Part shown: positions 27,344 through 37,370 of the stretch, in pieces
Layout: each line of letters begins with the position of its first letter
Numbering within the stretch: position 1 is the stretch's first letter
Origin: Roseibacillus sp.
Lineage (GTDB): Bacteria > Verrucomicrobiota > Verrucomicrobiia > Verrucomicrobiales > Akkermansiaceae
Direction: 5' to 3'
DNA: 64,000 nucleotides
NCBI GenBank assembly: GCA_965242925.1
Contig: CBDEUM010000022.1
Coordinates: forward strand, 96,001-160,000
The notes under the pieces: generated by a model
What the model saw: the letters and a program-made list of their open reading frames with translations, nothing else
Databases searched by the model: none
What the model was told of the DNA's origin: nothing
Translations under genes and position numbers: made by a program

Positions 27344-28002
27344 CCGAATCGAATACTGAGCAAATCCGGGTCTGGCTGGTTGAAGACAACGAGGTCTTCC
27401 GCCGCAATGTCCAGCGCGTCGTAAACGGTCTGGACGGAATGGTCTGCGATGGGAGTTTTGACTCCGCCGAGAGTGCTTTTGCTGCCCTCCATAGCAACCC
27501 TGCCCCTGATGTCATGCTGCTCGACGTGCAACTCCCTGGGATCGACGGCATCGTCGCCCTCGGCAAGTTCAAGGAGATTATCCCCGACACCCGGATCATC
27601 ATCCTTACCGTCTTTGATGATGCCTCCAAAATCTTCCGGGCGGTTTGCGCCGGTGCCTCGGGCTACGTTCTCAAGGCCTCCGGCACAGACAAGATTGGCG
27701 AGTCCATCCGCCAGGTCATGCGTGGCGGCGCACCCATGACTCCCGAGGTGGCTAAGAAAGTGCTGGATGCCTTCGCTCATTCGGATCTCATGCCCGGGAC
27801 GGAAGGCGATTATGGCCTGACTGCACGCGAACAGGAAATCCTGCGTCTTCTCGCCGAGGGACTGCTCAAGAAGGAAATTGCCGATGCGCTCAGCATCAGT
27901 GTGAACACCGTCTCCACCCACCTGCGACGCGTCTATGACAAACTCCACGTCAATACCAACACTGGTGCAGTGGCAAAGGCGCTCAGGGAGGGTATTATCT
28001 AG
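27340..28002 (+). CDS. NarL/LuxR-family response regulator
   Basis: LVED, LLDVQLPGIDG, GASGYVLK, LTAREQEIL...IADALSIS..TV..H..VYDKL; ATGA overlap with the kinase. Confidence 0.95.
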   Translation: MTESNTEQIRVWLVEDNEVFRRNVQRVVNGLDGMVCDGSFDSAESAFAALHSNPAPDVMLLDVQLPGIDGIVALGKFKEIIPDTRIIILTVFDDASKIFRAVCAGASGYVLKASGTDKIGESIRQVMRGGAPMTPEVAKKVLDAFAHSDLMPGTEGDYGLTAREQEILRLLAEGLLKKEIADALSISVNTVSTHLRRVYDKLHVNTNTGAVAKALREGII

Positions 28003-28074
28003 GCCCACGTGTTCCGCCTGCGGAAAGCCGCAGGTTACAGAGGGCAATCTCCGCACAGCCGTCCCAGAGAGGAA

Positions 28075-28395
28075 TCAGGACTCCCCTTGCCCGGGGGAAG
28101 ATGCTCCCAACTCGCGCAGGAACGAGAAGGAATAGATCCCTGTCCCGTGTCCGTCCGCAAAGTGGATCTGCAGAGCGTATCCCCCGACAGGTTGGTAACT
28201 ACCCAGCAGGAAACTTCGCTCGCTGTAGTTCACCTGCGGCCTGACCACGCGACCGGTGGCATCGGGCTCGCCCTGACAGCTCGCACAGGGACAGGCCCGG
28301 CGCAGGGCCTCAAGCTCCAGGTAGCTCTCCTTGCCATCTGCCCATGCAATGGCCAGTTCATTCTCCATCACCACGATGTTTTCGATCGCCAGCAT
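28075..28395 (-). CDS. DUF971 (gamma-butyrobetaine hydroxylase-like N-terminal) protein
   Basis: LRRACPCASCQG, VGGYALQIHFADGHGTGIYSF. Confidence 0.9.
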   Translation of the reverse strand: MLAIENIVVMENELAIAWADGKESYLELEALRRACPCASCQGEPDATGRVVRPQVNYSERSFLLGSYQPVGGYALQIHFADGHGTGIYSFSFLRELGASSPGQGES

Positions 28396-28404
28396 GATCA
28401 GCGT

Positions 28405-29109
28405 CTATGAATCAGTGGACCCCACCACCCCGCGGGGTCCGAAGATGGAGGACCCCACCCGCACTATGGTTGCTCCCTCCTCGATCGCAACCTCGAAGTC
28501 CTGGCTCATCCCCATGCTGAGGCCCGGCAAGGATACCTCGAATTCCTCCTCCAGATCATCCCGAAGCTCCCGTAACTTGCGGAAGGAAGACCTGCCAACC
28601 TCAGGATCTTCCCCTGCCGGAGGGATGCTCATCAAGCCTGCCAACTCGACCTTCTCCAGGGAGAGCAGCTCCGGCAACGCCTCCCGCAACTCCACAACAG
28701 CAAAACCACTCTTGCTCTCCTCCTCGGCAGCATTGACCTGGAGATAGATCCGTGGCCGCTTCCCCAGTTCCCCTGCAACACGATCGAGATGATGCGCCAG
28801 ACGCAGGGAATCAACACTGTGGATGGCCTCGAACAGGCCAAGGGCCTTGCGTGCCTTGTTTCGTTGGAGATGACCGATGAAGTGCCACCGGGCGGATGCA
28901 GGCAGCTCCGGGATCTTGCCCCATGCTTCCTGGAGTTTGTTCTCTCCAAGGAGTTCGTGACCGGCCTCCAGCACTTCTGCGATCACCTCAGGCGGCCAGG
29001 TCTTGGTCACCACCAGAAGCTCTACCGCCGAATGATCCCGGCCGGATCGTCCGGCAGCCCGGTCCACACGCTCCCGGACGGCACGCAGGTTGGCGGCGAT
29101 TTCCGCCAT
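28405..29109 (-). CDS. yggS: YggS-family PLP homeostasis protein
   Basis: VTKT, GENKLQE, WHFIGHLQRNK, LSMGMSQDFEVAIEEGATIVRVGSSIFG. Confidence 0.95.
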   Translation of the reverse strand: MAEIAANLRAVRERVDRAAGRSGRDHSAVELLVVTKTWPPEVIAEVLEAGHELLGENKLQEAWGKIPELPASARWHFIGHLQRNKARKALGLFEAIHSVDSLRLAHHLDRVAGELGKRPRIYLQVNAAEEESKSGFAVVELREALPELLSLEKVELAGLMSIPPAGEDPEVGRSSFRKLRELRDDLEEEFEVSLPGLSMGMSQDFEVAIEEGATIVRVGSSIFGPRGVVGSTDS

Positions 29110-29135
29110 ATCAAGGAAGTCCCACAGGTCCTACT

Positions 29136-31370
29136 CTACTCCTCTGCCGGTAGTATTCCAGCGGTGCGCGCCTTGTCCCGTTGATCCACCAGATCCCCAA
29201 TGATCTCAAGAGTCTCCCGCTTGACCGGATCTAGTCCACTAGGCCAGAGAGGAGTGTCGTCGAGCGCATCCTCCTTGTCCTTGGCGCGGCGCATAAAGGC
29301 CTCCGCATCCTTCTCGCGATCCACTTCCGGGAGTTTTTCCGCCTTCAAATCATCAAGAGTGAGGCGGAAGAACTTGAACTGTTTCTTGTCTCTGGTCTCC
29401 ATCTCCGCAAATCGCTTGCGGCGCTCCACGTTGCGCGTCTTTCGGCGCTTTTCAGATTCAGCCAACTTCGTCTCTCGTTTGCCACGATTGAGTGATACGG
29501 CATTTTGCTTGATCCGATTCTTGGTCCGGTCCACATCCTCGACAATGTACTGGAAGTCCTTTACCGCCTTCACTCGACCCTCGTTGCGCTCCCTGAGAAC
29601 GGGCAGAAAGAGCCCCTTCTGGTCAAGAGGACGCAAGTCGGGAGCCTTCCGGATCAGATCGTGATCAAGTGGGTGCTTGAGGTAGGCTTCGCCTATTTCC
29701 AGGGCATCGGTGAGGGATGGAAGCACGATATCGGGTTGGACTCCGAGCTTCTGGGTGGAACTACCCGAGACCCGGTAAAACTTCTGAATGGTGACTTTCA
29801 GGTATCCCGCGCGGCTATTGTCTTCAAAGAACCGGAAGTAACGCCCGATCTCCATGGGTTGTTGAACCGTGCCCTTTCCGAAGGTAGAGCTGTCGCCCAC
29901 GATGACGGCCCGATTATAGTCCTGCAGGGCACCTGCAAGAATCTCACTCGCCGAGGCACTGGATTTGTCGGTGACCACCACCAGCGGTCCATCGTAAAGC
30001 GGCCGGCGGAAGAGCGCCTCCTTCGACTCAATGCGCCCGATGGTATCCTTGATCTGCACGACTGGCCCACGTCCCACGAAAAATCCGGTGATCCGGCGCA
30101 CTTCCTCCAGGGACCCTCCTCCATTGCGCCGAAGATCGAGGACCACCCCGTCCACCTGAGCCTTGTTGAGTCTGGTCAAGAGCTTATGAACATCCGCGGA
30201 GACACTGGGATCGCCATCTTCAAAGTCCAAATAGAAGGACGGGAGCTGGAGCCAGCCGATCCGACGTCTGCCGGTTTCATGCATCATTTCGATGACTTCC
30301 GCGCTGGCCAACTCGTCCTTCAGTTCAACCCGTCCGCGTTTGATCGTGATGAACTTCACCTCCCCGGGAGCGCCGCCGGAGGGCTCCACCTTGAGGCGCA
30401 CTTCGGTGTCAACCTTTCCCCGGATCATTTCCACCACGTGATCGATTTTCATGTACATGATGTCGGTTACATCTCCCTTGTTGAGTGAATCAACTCCCAC
30501 AATGCGGTCATTGAGCTTGAGCTCGGCCTGCTTGTCGGCCGGTCCACTCACCACGATCCCCATGATCTTGGTGGCTCCATCGTCCTCGGCCTGTAGCAAT
30601 GCGCCGATGCCTACCAGCGAATTGGACATCCCCGAACGAAACCGCTCCATCTCGCGGGTGCTCATGTAGTCCGTGTGCGGATCGTGGGACGCCGCCACAG
30701 CGCTCAGGAAATAATTTGCGATATCTTCCTCATCCGCTTCTCCGATGCTGCGATGAAAGCGATCATAGCGTTGGATGATCTTCTCCTCCGGGCTCTTCTC
30801 GTTGGCAAGCGGGTCGTTCTTTCCCTGTTCCGCAGCGAGGCGTTTGACAGCGGTACGGCGGAGAATCTCAGAAAGCAGGGCTTCTTCGATCTGGCGATTC
30901 CAGATCTCCTCCGCAGCCTGCTGACTGGTCGGCCAGTCAGCATCCTTGCGGGTGCGCATCACGACCTGGTCGGATTCAAAACCGAATTTCTCAGTCTTCA
31001 GCAGCTTCTTGGCATAATCCACCCGCTCCTTCACGCGCTGAGAAAAAACCTTGTAGATCTCGTTGGCCGGTTCCATGCAGCGCCCCTTGATGAGTAGTTC
31101 ATGAAGGCGGCGCCCGTACTTCTTCTTGAAGGCATCGATATCCTGTTGTGTGAAGTAGAGTCGAGCCGGATCGAGATCGGTAAGGTAATCCGAGAGAATC
31201 TTGGCACTGAGGTCAGCATTGAACTGAATGCGGGCGTAGTGGCTGTTCTGCAACATCCCCGCCATTTCGCGCCCAACGACATTGAAGTCCGTCTTGGCAT
31301 GGAGAGGTAAGCAGGCACAGCCCATCACCACACCCAGAACAACCGCAAGTGGGGAAGAATTACGAACCAT
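29136..31370 (-). CDS. prc: Carboxy-terminal processing protease (S41A, Prc/Tsp-like)
   Basis: DPHTDYM, GIGA PDZ, DLRRNGGGSL, SASASEILAGALQDY, FGKGTVQ; ATG at 31370 followed by a signal peptide. Confidence 0.92.
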   Translation of the reverse strand: MVRNSSPLAVVLGVVMGCACLPLHAKTDFNVVGREMAGMLQNSHYARIQFNADLSAKILSDYLTDLDPARLYFTQQDIDAFKKKYGRRLHELLIKGRCMEPANEIYKVFSQRVKERVDYAKKLLKTEKFGFESDQVVMRTRKDADWPTSQQAAEEIWNRQIEEALLSEILRRTAVKRLAAEQGKNDPLANEKSPEEKIIQRYDRFHRSIGEADEEDIANYFLSAVAASHDPHTDYMSTREMERFRSGMSNSLVGIGALLQAEDDGATKIMGIVVSGPADKQAELKLNDRIVGVDSLNKGDVTDIMYMKIDHVVEMIRGKVDTEVRLKVEPSGGAPGEVKFITIKRGRVELKDELASAEVIEMMHETGRRRIGWLQLPSFYLDFEDGDPSVSADVHKLLTRLNKAQVDGVVLDLRRNGGGSLEEVRRITGFFVGRGPVVQIKDTIGRIESKEALFRRPLYDGPLVVVTDKSSASASEILAGALQDYNRAVIVGDSSTFGKGTVQQPMEIGRYFRFFEDNSRAGYLKVTIQKFYRVSGSSTQKLGVQPDIVLPSLTDALEIGEAYLKHPLDHDLIRKAPDLRPLDQKGLFLPVLRERNEGRVKAVKDFQYIVEDVDRTKNRIKQNAVSLNRGKRETKLAESEKRRKTRNVERRKRFAEMETRDKKQFKFFRLTLDDLKAEKLPEVDREKDAEAFMRRAKDKEDALDDTPLWPSGLDPVKRETLEIIGDLVDQRDKARTAGILPAEE

Positions 31371-31485
31371 GATAAAGAATACCGTTATAAGGGAAGCGGG
31401 CGAGAAGATCTCCGTCAGCCTCGACGATTTGGGGAGATTTGTCGAATTCTTTCCCCAACCCCATGAAGCCTGAATCCCGTAACTA

Positions 31486-32241
31486 CTAACCCTTGTTGTT
31501 CTTTCTCTCCTTCGCTGTCCGTTCCCGGAGCCATTCCTGGAAATAGTCCTCATCCATCTTCGATTCCTGAGGAAGAACCGGAAAAAGTCCCCACTGATTG
31601 ATTTCGTCAAGAGCGGCCGGGCGCCGCCGGAGAGAAGCGGTCAACTCAAGTCGTTCCATTCCGCGGCGCACCTTGAGAGTGATCTCGTCTCCCGGTTTCT
31701 TCGATCTGATGTAGTCAGCAAACCTGCGGGTCGGGGCCAGATCATCGAAGACCACCTGATCCACTCCGATGATCAGATCATCCGCTTTCAACTTGGCCAC
31801 GGCGGCGGCCGTTCCCTCCCTGACATCCGTGATCAGGACAGCCGGCTGTATCACACCCTCACCGTTCTTCCATCGGGCGGTATCCATCTGGATACCGAGG
31901 TAGCCCTGCCCCGGCAGGGGCTGTTGGATGATGACAAGCGACTTCAGCACCTCCCGGCTGCGCAACCGTACCTCCGGATTTTCCGCTTTTCGATAAAGCC
32001 GGTAGAGAGATTCAATGCTCCCGCCCAGGTCCTTCCTCCCCCAGGCCATGAGAGCTTTCTGGGCTGCATGTCTTTCCTTGAACTTCTCGTGTGCGAGAGC
32101 CGTAATCAGTTCGGCAGGTAGCTCCGGAAGTTCCTTTCCCCCGGCCCGCCCGGCTTCTTCATCTCCCTGCGCCTGCACCCCCGCGATCTGGCAGAACACC
32201 GCGGCCAGATAAAGGGAGAGAACGCCGTACCCGTTCCACAT
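31486..32241 (-). CDS. Secreted PDZ-domain protein
   Basis: Signal peptide; helical N-terminus; GYLGIQM...GTAAAVAKLKADDLII PDZ motif. Confidence 0.8.
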   Translation of the reverse strand: MWNGYGVLSLYLAAVFCQIAGVQAQGDEEAGRAGGKELPELPAELITALAHEKFKERHAAQKALMAWGRKDLGGSIESLYRLYRKAENPEVRLRSREVLKSLVIIQQPLPGQGYLGIQMDTARWKNGEGVIQPAVLITDVREGTAAAVAKLKADDLIIGVDQVVFDDLAPTRRFADYIRSKKPGDEITLKVRRGMERLELTASLRRRPAALDEINQWGLFPVLPQESKMDEDYFQEWLRERTAKERKNNKG

Positions 32242-32289
32242 GTAGAACTCCTACCCCCCAACAGGTCAAAACGCAACTGCTCGAAACGC

Positions 32290-32316
32290 AAAATGACCGG
32301 GGGATTCCCCGGCCAT
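32290..32316 (-). terminator. Probable Rho-independent terminator after the wza-like gene
   Basis: CCGGGG-GATT-CCCCGG hairpin with an A-run on the plus-strand left side (U tract on minus). Confidence 0.5.
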
Positions 32317-32353
32317 GCACGTGTTCACGGTCTCCGACTCCGGAGAAAGGCCG

Positions 32354-32914
32354 CTAATTTCCAAAAACTGTTTTCTGCGGAATGTCGATGGTGTCGCGGG
32401 GATAGATCTTGAGCAACTTGTGCTCTCCCTTGTTCAGATCGTAGATGTAGCGCTTGCCGCCACGATAGAGGCTGATGCGGTTGATCGCTCCGAACTCGGT
32501 GGGCCCACCTGCCGACATGACCGCCTGGTAGAGGGTCATTCCACGCCGGAAAGGCTTTGGACCCGGGGCCCGCACCTTGCCACCGACGGTGATGACGTGC
32601 ACGGTGAGATTATCACTTGAATCCGCGACGATCTGGATTACAGGGCTGGTGTAGATCTCGGCCTCACGGTAGGCGCCCTCGATTGTCCGGGCCAGGGCCT
32701 CGGAGTCCATCCCGGCAACCTTGATAGAGCCGACCTTCCACATGGTAATGTATCCCTTTTCGGAAACAGGATAGCCGCCGTTGATGCGACCCTGCTCACC
32801 GGTCGGAACACCCTGGATTGTGATCGAGATGGCTCCGCCGGCTTCAATCTGCGCCTGCAGGGAAGCGGGAATGATGACCATTAGGAAGAGAGCAAAGGAG
32901 AGGAGGATTTTCAT
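32354..32914 (-). CDS. Polysaccharide export protein (Wza-like; Poly_export + SLBB)
   Basis: VSEKGYIT...IKVAG, VGGKVRAPG...GMTLYQAVMSAGG, DTIDIP; next to the wzc-like gene. Confidence 0.85.
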   Translation of the reverse strand: MKILLSFALFLMVIIPASLQAQIEAGGAISITIQGVPTGEQGRINGGYPVSEKGYITMWKVGSIKVAGMDSEALARTIEGAYREAEIYTSPVIQIVADSSDNLTVHVITVGGKVRAPGPKPFRRGMTLYQAVMSAGGPTEFGAINRISLYRGGKRYIYDLNKGEHKLLKIYPRDTIDIPQKTVFGN

Positions 32915-32982
32915 GAAATTACCAGGAGTTGGAGGTTCGGGCCAGAGCCATGGGGATGGAAGGATTGCTGTCGGTCACAAAA

Positions 32983-35178
32983 TTAATAACTGAGTCCGTC
33001 GTCGTCTTTCTCCGGCGTTGAAGGCGTTTCCGTTGGGGAAGCTCCCATGGAGATTGCAACTTTTGGCGGCCTGGAAATCGGATCGATATCTGAAGAGGGC
33101 GCATAGTAGGTGTAGTAGCTGGTATAATACTGGTACTGGCTGTCGCTACGGACATCGACATTATTGAGCACCACACCAATCACATGACCTCCCACGTTCT
33201 CCACCGAGGACTTCACACGCATGAGCATGTTGCGAGGCAGCTTACGGTGCTGCACCACAACAATGGTGAGGTCCACTTCGGAAGCGAGCACGGAGGCGTC
33301 ACTCACCCCGAGAATGGGCGGGGAATCCACCAGGACCAGGTCGAAGCGCTGTTTCACATCCTGGATCAGTTCCGACATGCGTCGGGAGTTCAGGATGCCG
33401 GCGGCGTCCGCAGGGAGGATGCCAGAGGGCAGGAAGTAGAGATTATCGACCGGAGTTTGCAGAATAACATCCTCAAGCATGAGATCGGTGGTCAGGTAAT
33501 TGGTCAGACCCACCGAGTTATTGATATCGAAGAAGGTATGGAGAGTCGGGCGCCGAAGGTCCGAGTCAATCATGAGGGTGGTGTATCCACCCTGAGCACA
33601 GACGTAGGCCAGGTTGACCAGGGTCGTGGACTTTCCTTCGCCCGCACCCCCGGAAACGATGGTGATGGCGTTGTCCTCAGGATTATTTCGGTTGAACTCG
33701 ATATTCGTTCGAAGAATCCGGTAAGCCTCCGCATCCGGACTCATTCCGCTCTGCTTGTGCAGGGTTCCCACATCTTTCGGAATGACCGCCAGCACGGGAA
33801 CCTGCAGGTAACGCTCTACGTCCTCCAAGCTCTTGACCGAAGTATCAAGATATTCGAGGAAAAAGGCGATCGAGATGCCGAAAATCAACCCAACTGCAGC
33901 ACCGAGGGAGAGGAAGAGGGTGACCTTGGGATAGACCGGATCCTTGGCAAGCTTGGGGTCCTCCAGGATAGTGATCGGGTTCTTGGGTATCTTGAGAGCG
34001 ATGCGGCGGGCCGAGTTGGTGAGCTTCATCTGGGAAAGCATGGCTTTCGCCGTTTCGTAGTCCTGCTTGGCCTCGACATAGTCCTGCGACTGCAGGGCCT
34101 TGTCGACGGCATCAAAGCGACGTTCTTCCACCCTCTCCTTTATCTTGGCCAGTTGCCCATTGACGAGGCGCAACTGAGTCTTGAGTAACTCCCTGAGGAC
34201 GACCACGGCGGCCTGGAGATTTTCCTGCATTTTGGACTGAGCAATCAGTGCCATCTCCATCGATGGATGCTTACGTCCCAGCCCGGAAGCCTGCATGGCT
34301 TCCATATTGAGTTTGCTTTCCTGTATCCTGACGCGCAGGACGGGCACCTGGCTCCCCGGCAGCTTGAGCCCCTCGGCAAAATCAATGAGCTCATCATCCC
34401 TCAGGGTAAGTAGCTGCTGAATCTGATTTTCCAGTTCGGCCTTTCTCTCCTCGGCACCGAACTGCTGCATCTCGGCGCTCTTAAGAATATACTCCTCGCT
34501 CTGCCCCATTCGCCCACTGGTGTAAACCCCCTCGATATATGGAATTCCCACCGCCTTCACGATAGAGTGAAAATGCCGACGCTTATCCTCCACCAGGTCT
34601 TCCTGGGAGCGCACTTCCGTTTCCAGAGCATCGAGGGCCTCCCCAGCACGTTTGCGCTCATCCGCGTTGCGTCCGAGCTGGTAGGACTCCGCGATCTCTT
34701 TGGAGATATCGCGGGCATCCTCCCTGTTCTGGTGCCGGATCCGGATCTCAATGTGATCGGTATTACGAATCTGTTCGGTTTTGAGAATCTGCTTCAGCTT
34801 CAGGAGTGCCATGTCGCGGTCGTAACCCCTCCAACGCGTGGTGAGGTCGAGTCTCTCCACCACACGCAGCATGGTCTTCTCGGATTCAATGATCTTGAAC
34901 TGGTTCTGGATATAGGCATGCGAGGGAGAGGCCCCGGTCATGGGATGACCGGCAGCGCCATTGAGCGGGTCCAGTTCGACAAAGGAGTGGTTTACCTGCA
35001 TCAAGGCCGTGCTCTCATACTTCTTTGGCAGTACGTAGGTGATCACCGCCGCCGTCATGAAGATGAGAAGGAAGGTCAGCAGGATGACTCCGTAGCGATT
35101 CTTGAGAACCTGCCAGTAATCGACCGCGTGCAGCGAAGCTTCGCTGGCGGCAGTTTGACGATCGGGATCGTTTTGCAT
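32983..35178 (-). CDS. wzc: Polysaccharide co-polymerase / BY tyrosine autokinase (Wzc/GumC-like)
   Basis: Two TM helices flanking a coiled coil, EAYRILRTN, Walker A GAGEGKST, DSDLRRP, DSPP, Tyr cluster YQYYTSYYTYY. Confidence 0.93.
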   Translation of the reverse strand: MQNDPDRQTAASEASLHAVDYWQVLKNRYGVILLTFLLIFMTAAVITYVLPKKYESTALMQVNHSFVELDPLNGAAGHPMTGASPSHAYIQNQFKIIESEKTMLRVVERLDLTTRWRGYDRDMALLKLKQILKTEQIRNTDHIEIRIRHQNREDARDISKEIAESYQLGRNADERKRAGEALDALETEVRSQEDLVEDKRRHFHSIVKAVGIPYIEGVYTSGRMGQSEEYILKSAEMQQFGAEERKAELENQIQQLLTLRDDELIDFAEGLKLPGSQVPVLRVRIQESKLNMEAMQASGLGRKHPSMEMALIAQSKMQENLQAAVVVLRELLKTQLRLVNGQLAKIKERVEERRFDAVDKALQSQDYVEAKQDYETAKAMLSQMKLTNSARRIALKIPKNPITILEDPKLAKDPVYPKVTLFLSLGAAVGLIFGISIAFFLEYLDTSVKSLEDVERYLQVPVLAVIPKDVGTLHKQSGMSPDAEAYRILRTNIEFNRNNPEDNAITIVSGGAGEGKSTTLVNLAYVCAQGGYTTLMIDSDLRRPTLHTFFDINNSVGLTNYLTTDLMLEDVILQTPVDNLYFLPSGILPADAAGILNSRRMSELIQDVKQRFDLVLVDSPPILGVSDASVLASEVDLTIVVVQHRKLPRNMLMRVKSSVENVGGHVIGVVLNNVDVRSDSQYQYYTSYYTYYAPSSDIDPISRPPKVAISMGASPTETPSTPEKDDDGLSY

Positions 35179-35250
35179 AACCTGATATTTTAGGGGGTGA
35201 GGGGGATTTGCCTATAAGGCGAACGGGCAGGGCGAAGAGCCAAGAGGCAG

Positions 35251-35284
35251 AAAACCCCCGCAATGGAAGCAGACATTGCGGGGG
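35251..35284 (-). terminator. Rho-independent terminator-like hairpin between the beta-barrel gene and wzc
   Basis: Perfect 11-bp stem CCCCCGCAATG / CATTGCGGGGG, 8-nt loop, TTTT on the minus strand. Confidence 0.65.
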
Positions 35285-35317
35285 CGGATCTGTTCGGATT
35301 TTTCGACAGGAAAATCC

Positions 35318-36589
35318 TTAGAAAGACGACTGAAGGCCAAATTGGACGCGACTCCGGTCATAATCACGGATATCAGCGTCTGCAGAGGACTTGGTGAAAT
35401 TGTAAGAACCAGTCACAAAGATATTGTCTGCAACCTCATAGCTGGCACCTGCATTGAAGTTTACGATTTTCTCATCCAGGCTACCGGGAGCCTCCGGATC
35501 AGGGCCAATCTGACCCTCATAGTTAAACATCATGACGTTTACGCCGCCAAAGAAGGTCAGTTTGGGGGATACCACGTAAGACCCCTGCAAGCCGAGACGG
35601 AAGGTCTGGCGTTCTTCATAGCGAGCAAGCACCGGCCGTTCCCAGCAGTCGTGGGTCCAGATAAGGCGATTGCGGTCCTCCAGTCCGTAACGGACAAAGG
35701 CCCGGACCTGCGCGGATTCGCTGAGAGCCGCACGCAAGGTCGCCTCCACGTAGGGAGCCGAATTGCTGGCACCGTCGTCGATCTCCTGGATCTGGGCGCC
35801 GGCCCGCAACACCACTACCGTGGTCGGGCTTACCTGATGCTCCGCACCAACAAGAAAATAGTGGGAGTCGGAATCCCTGTTAGAATCGTTGCTCTGAGTC
35901 TGGTGACGGTAGGCCGCAGTCCATACCGTGCTGGGGCTGGTACGATAACGGAACTGGTTGTAGAAGAGGTGACGCTCGTAGTCGTTGCGGTCAATCTCAT
36001 CGAAGGCCACGCCACTGAAACGGTAGCCGGTGCTTGTTCCGAGACGCTCGGTCCACCGGTAGCCCACACTGTTGTCGGAGCTATAGCGGAGGTAACTGCC
36101 CTGGCGACGATCAGTAGCGATCCCGAAATCGTAATCCGGTTCCTGCTCATATGTCACATGGTTACGACTGCGCAATCGCAGGGCCTCATTCACCCGATGC
36201 ACGATGTTGATCCCCCCCCGGACCTGCGGAAAGAAGTCCTCCCGCACACCAACACCAGGAAACGCTCCACCGCTCTGTGTAATCTCGTCAAGATAGTAGG
36301 TCGCGCCAGCCCGCCCCCATAGATCGATGGTGGTCTGGGGCGTCTTGCTGACGAAATTCGCCTGCACGAAGGCCGAAAGGTAAACCACATCATCGGAATC
36401 AACACCTGAACACTCAGAGAACTGAGGCGAGGCATTTGAATCCCAACCGAGGCTTGCACCAGCAGTCCAATTCAAGGGAAGCGAATCAGCCGGCTCATCA
36501 TCAAATGGCATGATGTTGTATAAACCCTGGGCGGAAAGAAGGCCGCTCGCGGCCAGGCCAAAGGCGGAGACAATAAACGTTTTGTTCAT
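35318..36589 (-). CDS. Outer-membrane beta-barrel protein associated with polysaccharide export
   Basis: Signal peptide, alternating aromatic beta-strands, C-terminal F (DYDRSRVQFGLQSSF); upstream of wzc. Confidence 0.85.
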   Translation of the reverse strand: MNKTFIVSAFGLAASGLLSAQGLYNIMPFDDEPADSLPLNWTAGASLGWDSNASPQFSECSGVDSDDVVYLSAFVQANFVSKTPQTTIDLWGRAGATYYLDEITQSGGAFPGVGVREDFFPQVRGGINIVHRVNEALRLRSRNHVTYEQEPDYDFGIATDRRQGSYLRYSSDNSVGYRWTERLGTSTGYRFSGVAFDEIDRNDYERHLFYNQFRYRTSPSTVWTAAYRHQTQSNDSNRDSDSHYFLVGAEHQVSPTTVVVLRAGAQIQEIDDGASNSAPYVEATLRAALSESAQVRAFVRYGLEDRNRLIWTHDCWERPVLARYEERQTFRLGLQGSYVVSPKLTFFGGVNVMMFNYEGQIGPDPEAPGSLDEKIVNFNAGASYEVADNIFVTGSYNFTKSSADADIRDYDRSRVQFGLQSSF

Positions 36590-36688
36590 GATAGATAAGG
36601 TAGAGAAGCGTTGCGTAGGGGATCCGAGTTGCCGCTTTGATCCAGAGTGGAATCCGGCACGTTGAAATTTGTTCGTCTTCCTGGGAGA

Positions 36689-37252
36689 TTACTCTGCGGC
36701 GCCAGCAACAGTAATGATACTCAGAGGGCTGGGAGTGCTGATAGCCGGCACGAGGGGCGGGTGAATGGGCGGCAGGCCTGGGATAAGGTAGGGGCCATCC
36801 AGCGGGTTCTTCACGCTGCTAGCGATAGCATCCTTGGAGTCCTTGGCATCACCGACGGGATCATTCCCCTTCTTGGCCAGGGCTTTTGGATCGAGCTTGG
36901 CGAGAATCGCCTTGATTTCCTCCAGGGCATCAGGAGCCACCGCAATGGCACAGGAAGTGATGATGCTCATCTTGTCGGGGGCTGCTTCAATCGCCGTGGC
37001 AACGATCTGACCCACGAGCTTCCGGTCAGCTTCGGTGGCCACGATGGCCGCCTTGACCACCTCACAGGAACAGCTGGGGTTGGCAGCCGTTTGCCGTTGA
37101 ACAATTTCAAGAACGTGGTCGGGCTTGGCACCGACCAGTTTCTTCACCGTGTCCGATAACTTGGTGCAGTCCGTTTCCTCGGCCATGATGGTTGGGGAAA
37201 GACCCACCGCAGCCGCGATGATCGCGCAGTAGAAAGTTGATTTTATCGTCAT
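36689..37252 (-). CDS. Secreted Ala-rich helical hypothetical protein
   Basis: Signal peptide; repeated IV.AAI.AAP-like helices; four Cys in the mature part; Pro-rich tail. Confidence 0.8.
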   Translation of the reverse strand: MTIKSTFYCAIIAAAVGLSPTIMAEETDCTKLSDTVKKLVGAKPDHVLEIVQRQTAANPSCSCEVVKAAIVATEADRKLVGQIVATAIEAAPDKMSIITSCAIAVAPDALEEIKAILAKLDPKALAKKGNDPVGDAKDSKDAIASSVKNPLDGPYLIPGLPPIHPPLVPAISTPSPLSIITVAGAAE

Positions 37253-37296
37253 GCTTCTGTGTAAGTGATACTTTGTCGTATGGTGCTGCTGTCGAA

Positions 37297-37370
37297 TGGA
37301 GCGGGTAAAGGGAATCGAACCCTTATGGCCAGCTTGGAAGGCTGAGGCTTTACCATTAAGCTATACCCGC
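37297..37370 (-). tRNA. tRNA-Gly(TCC)
   Basis: GCGGGTA/TACCCGC acceptor stem, anticodon loop CTTCCAA, GGTTCGATTCC, encoded CCA. Confidence 0.97.
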
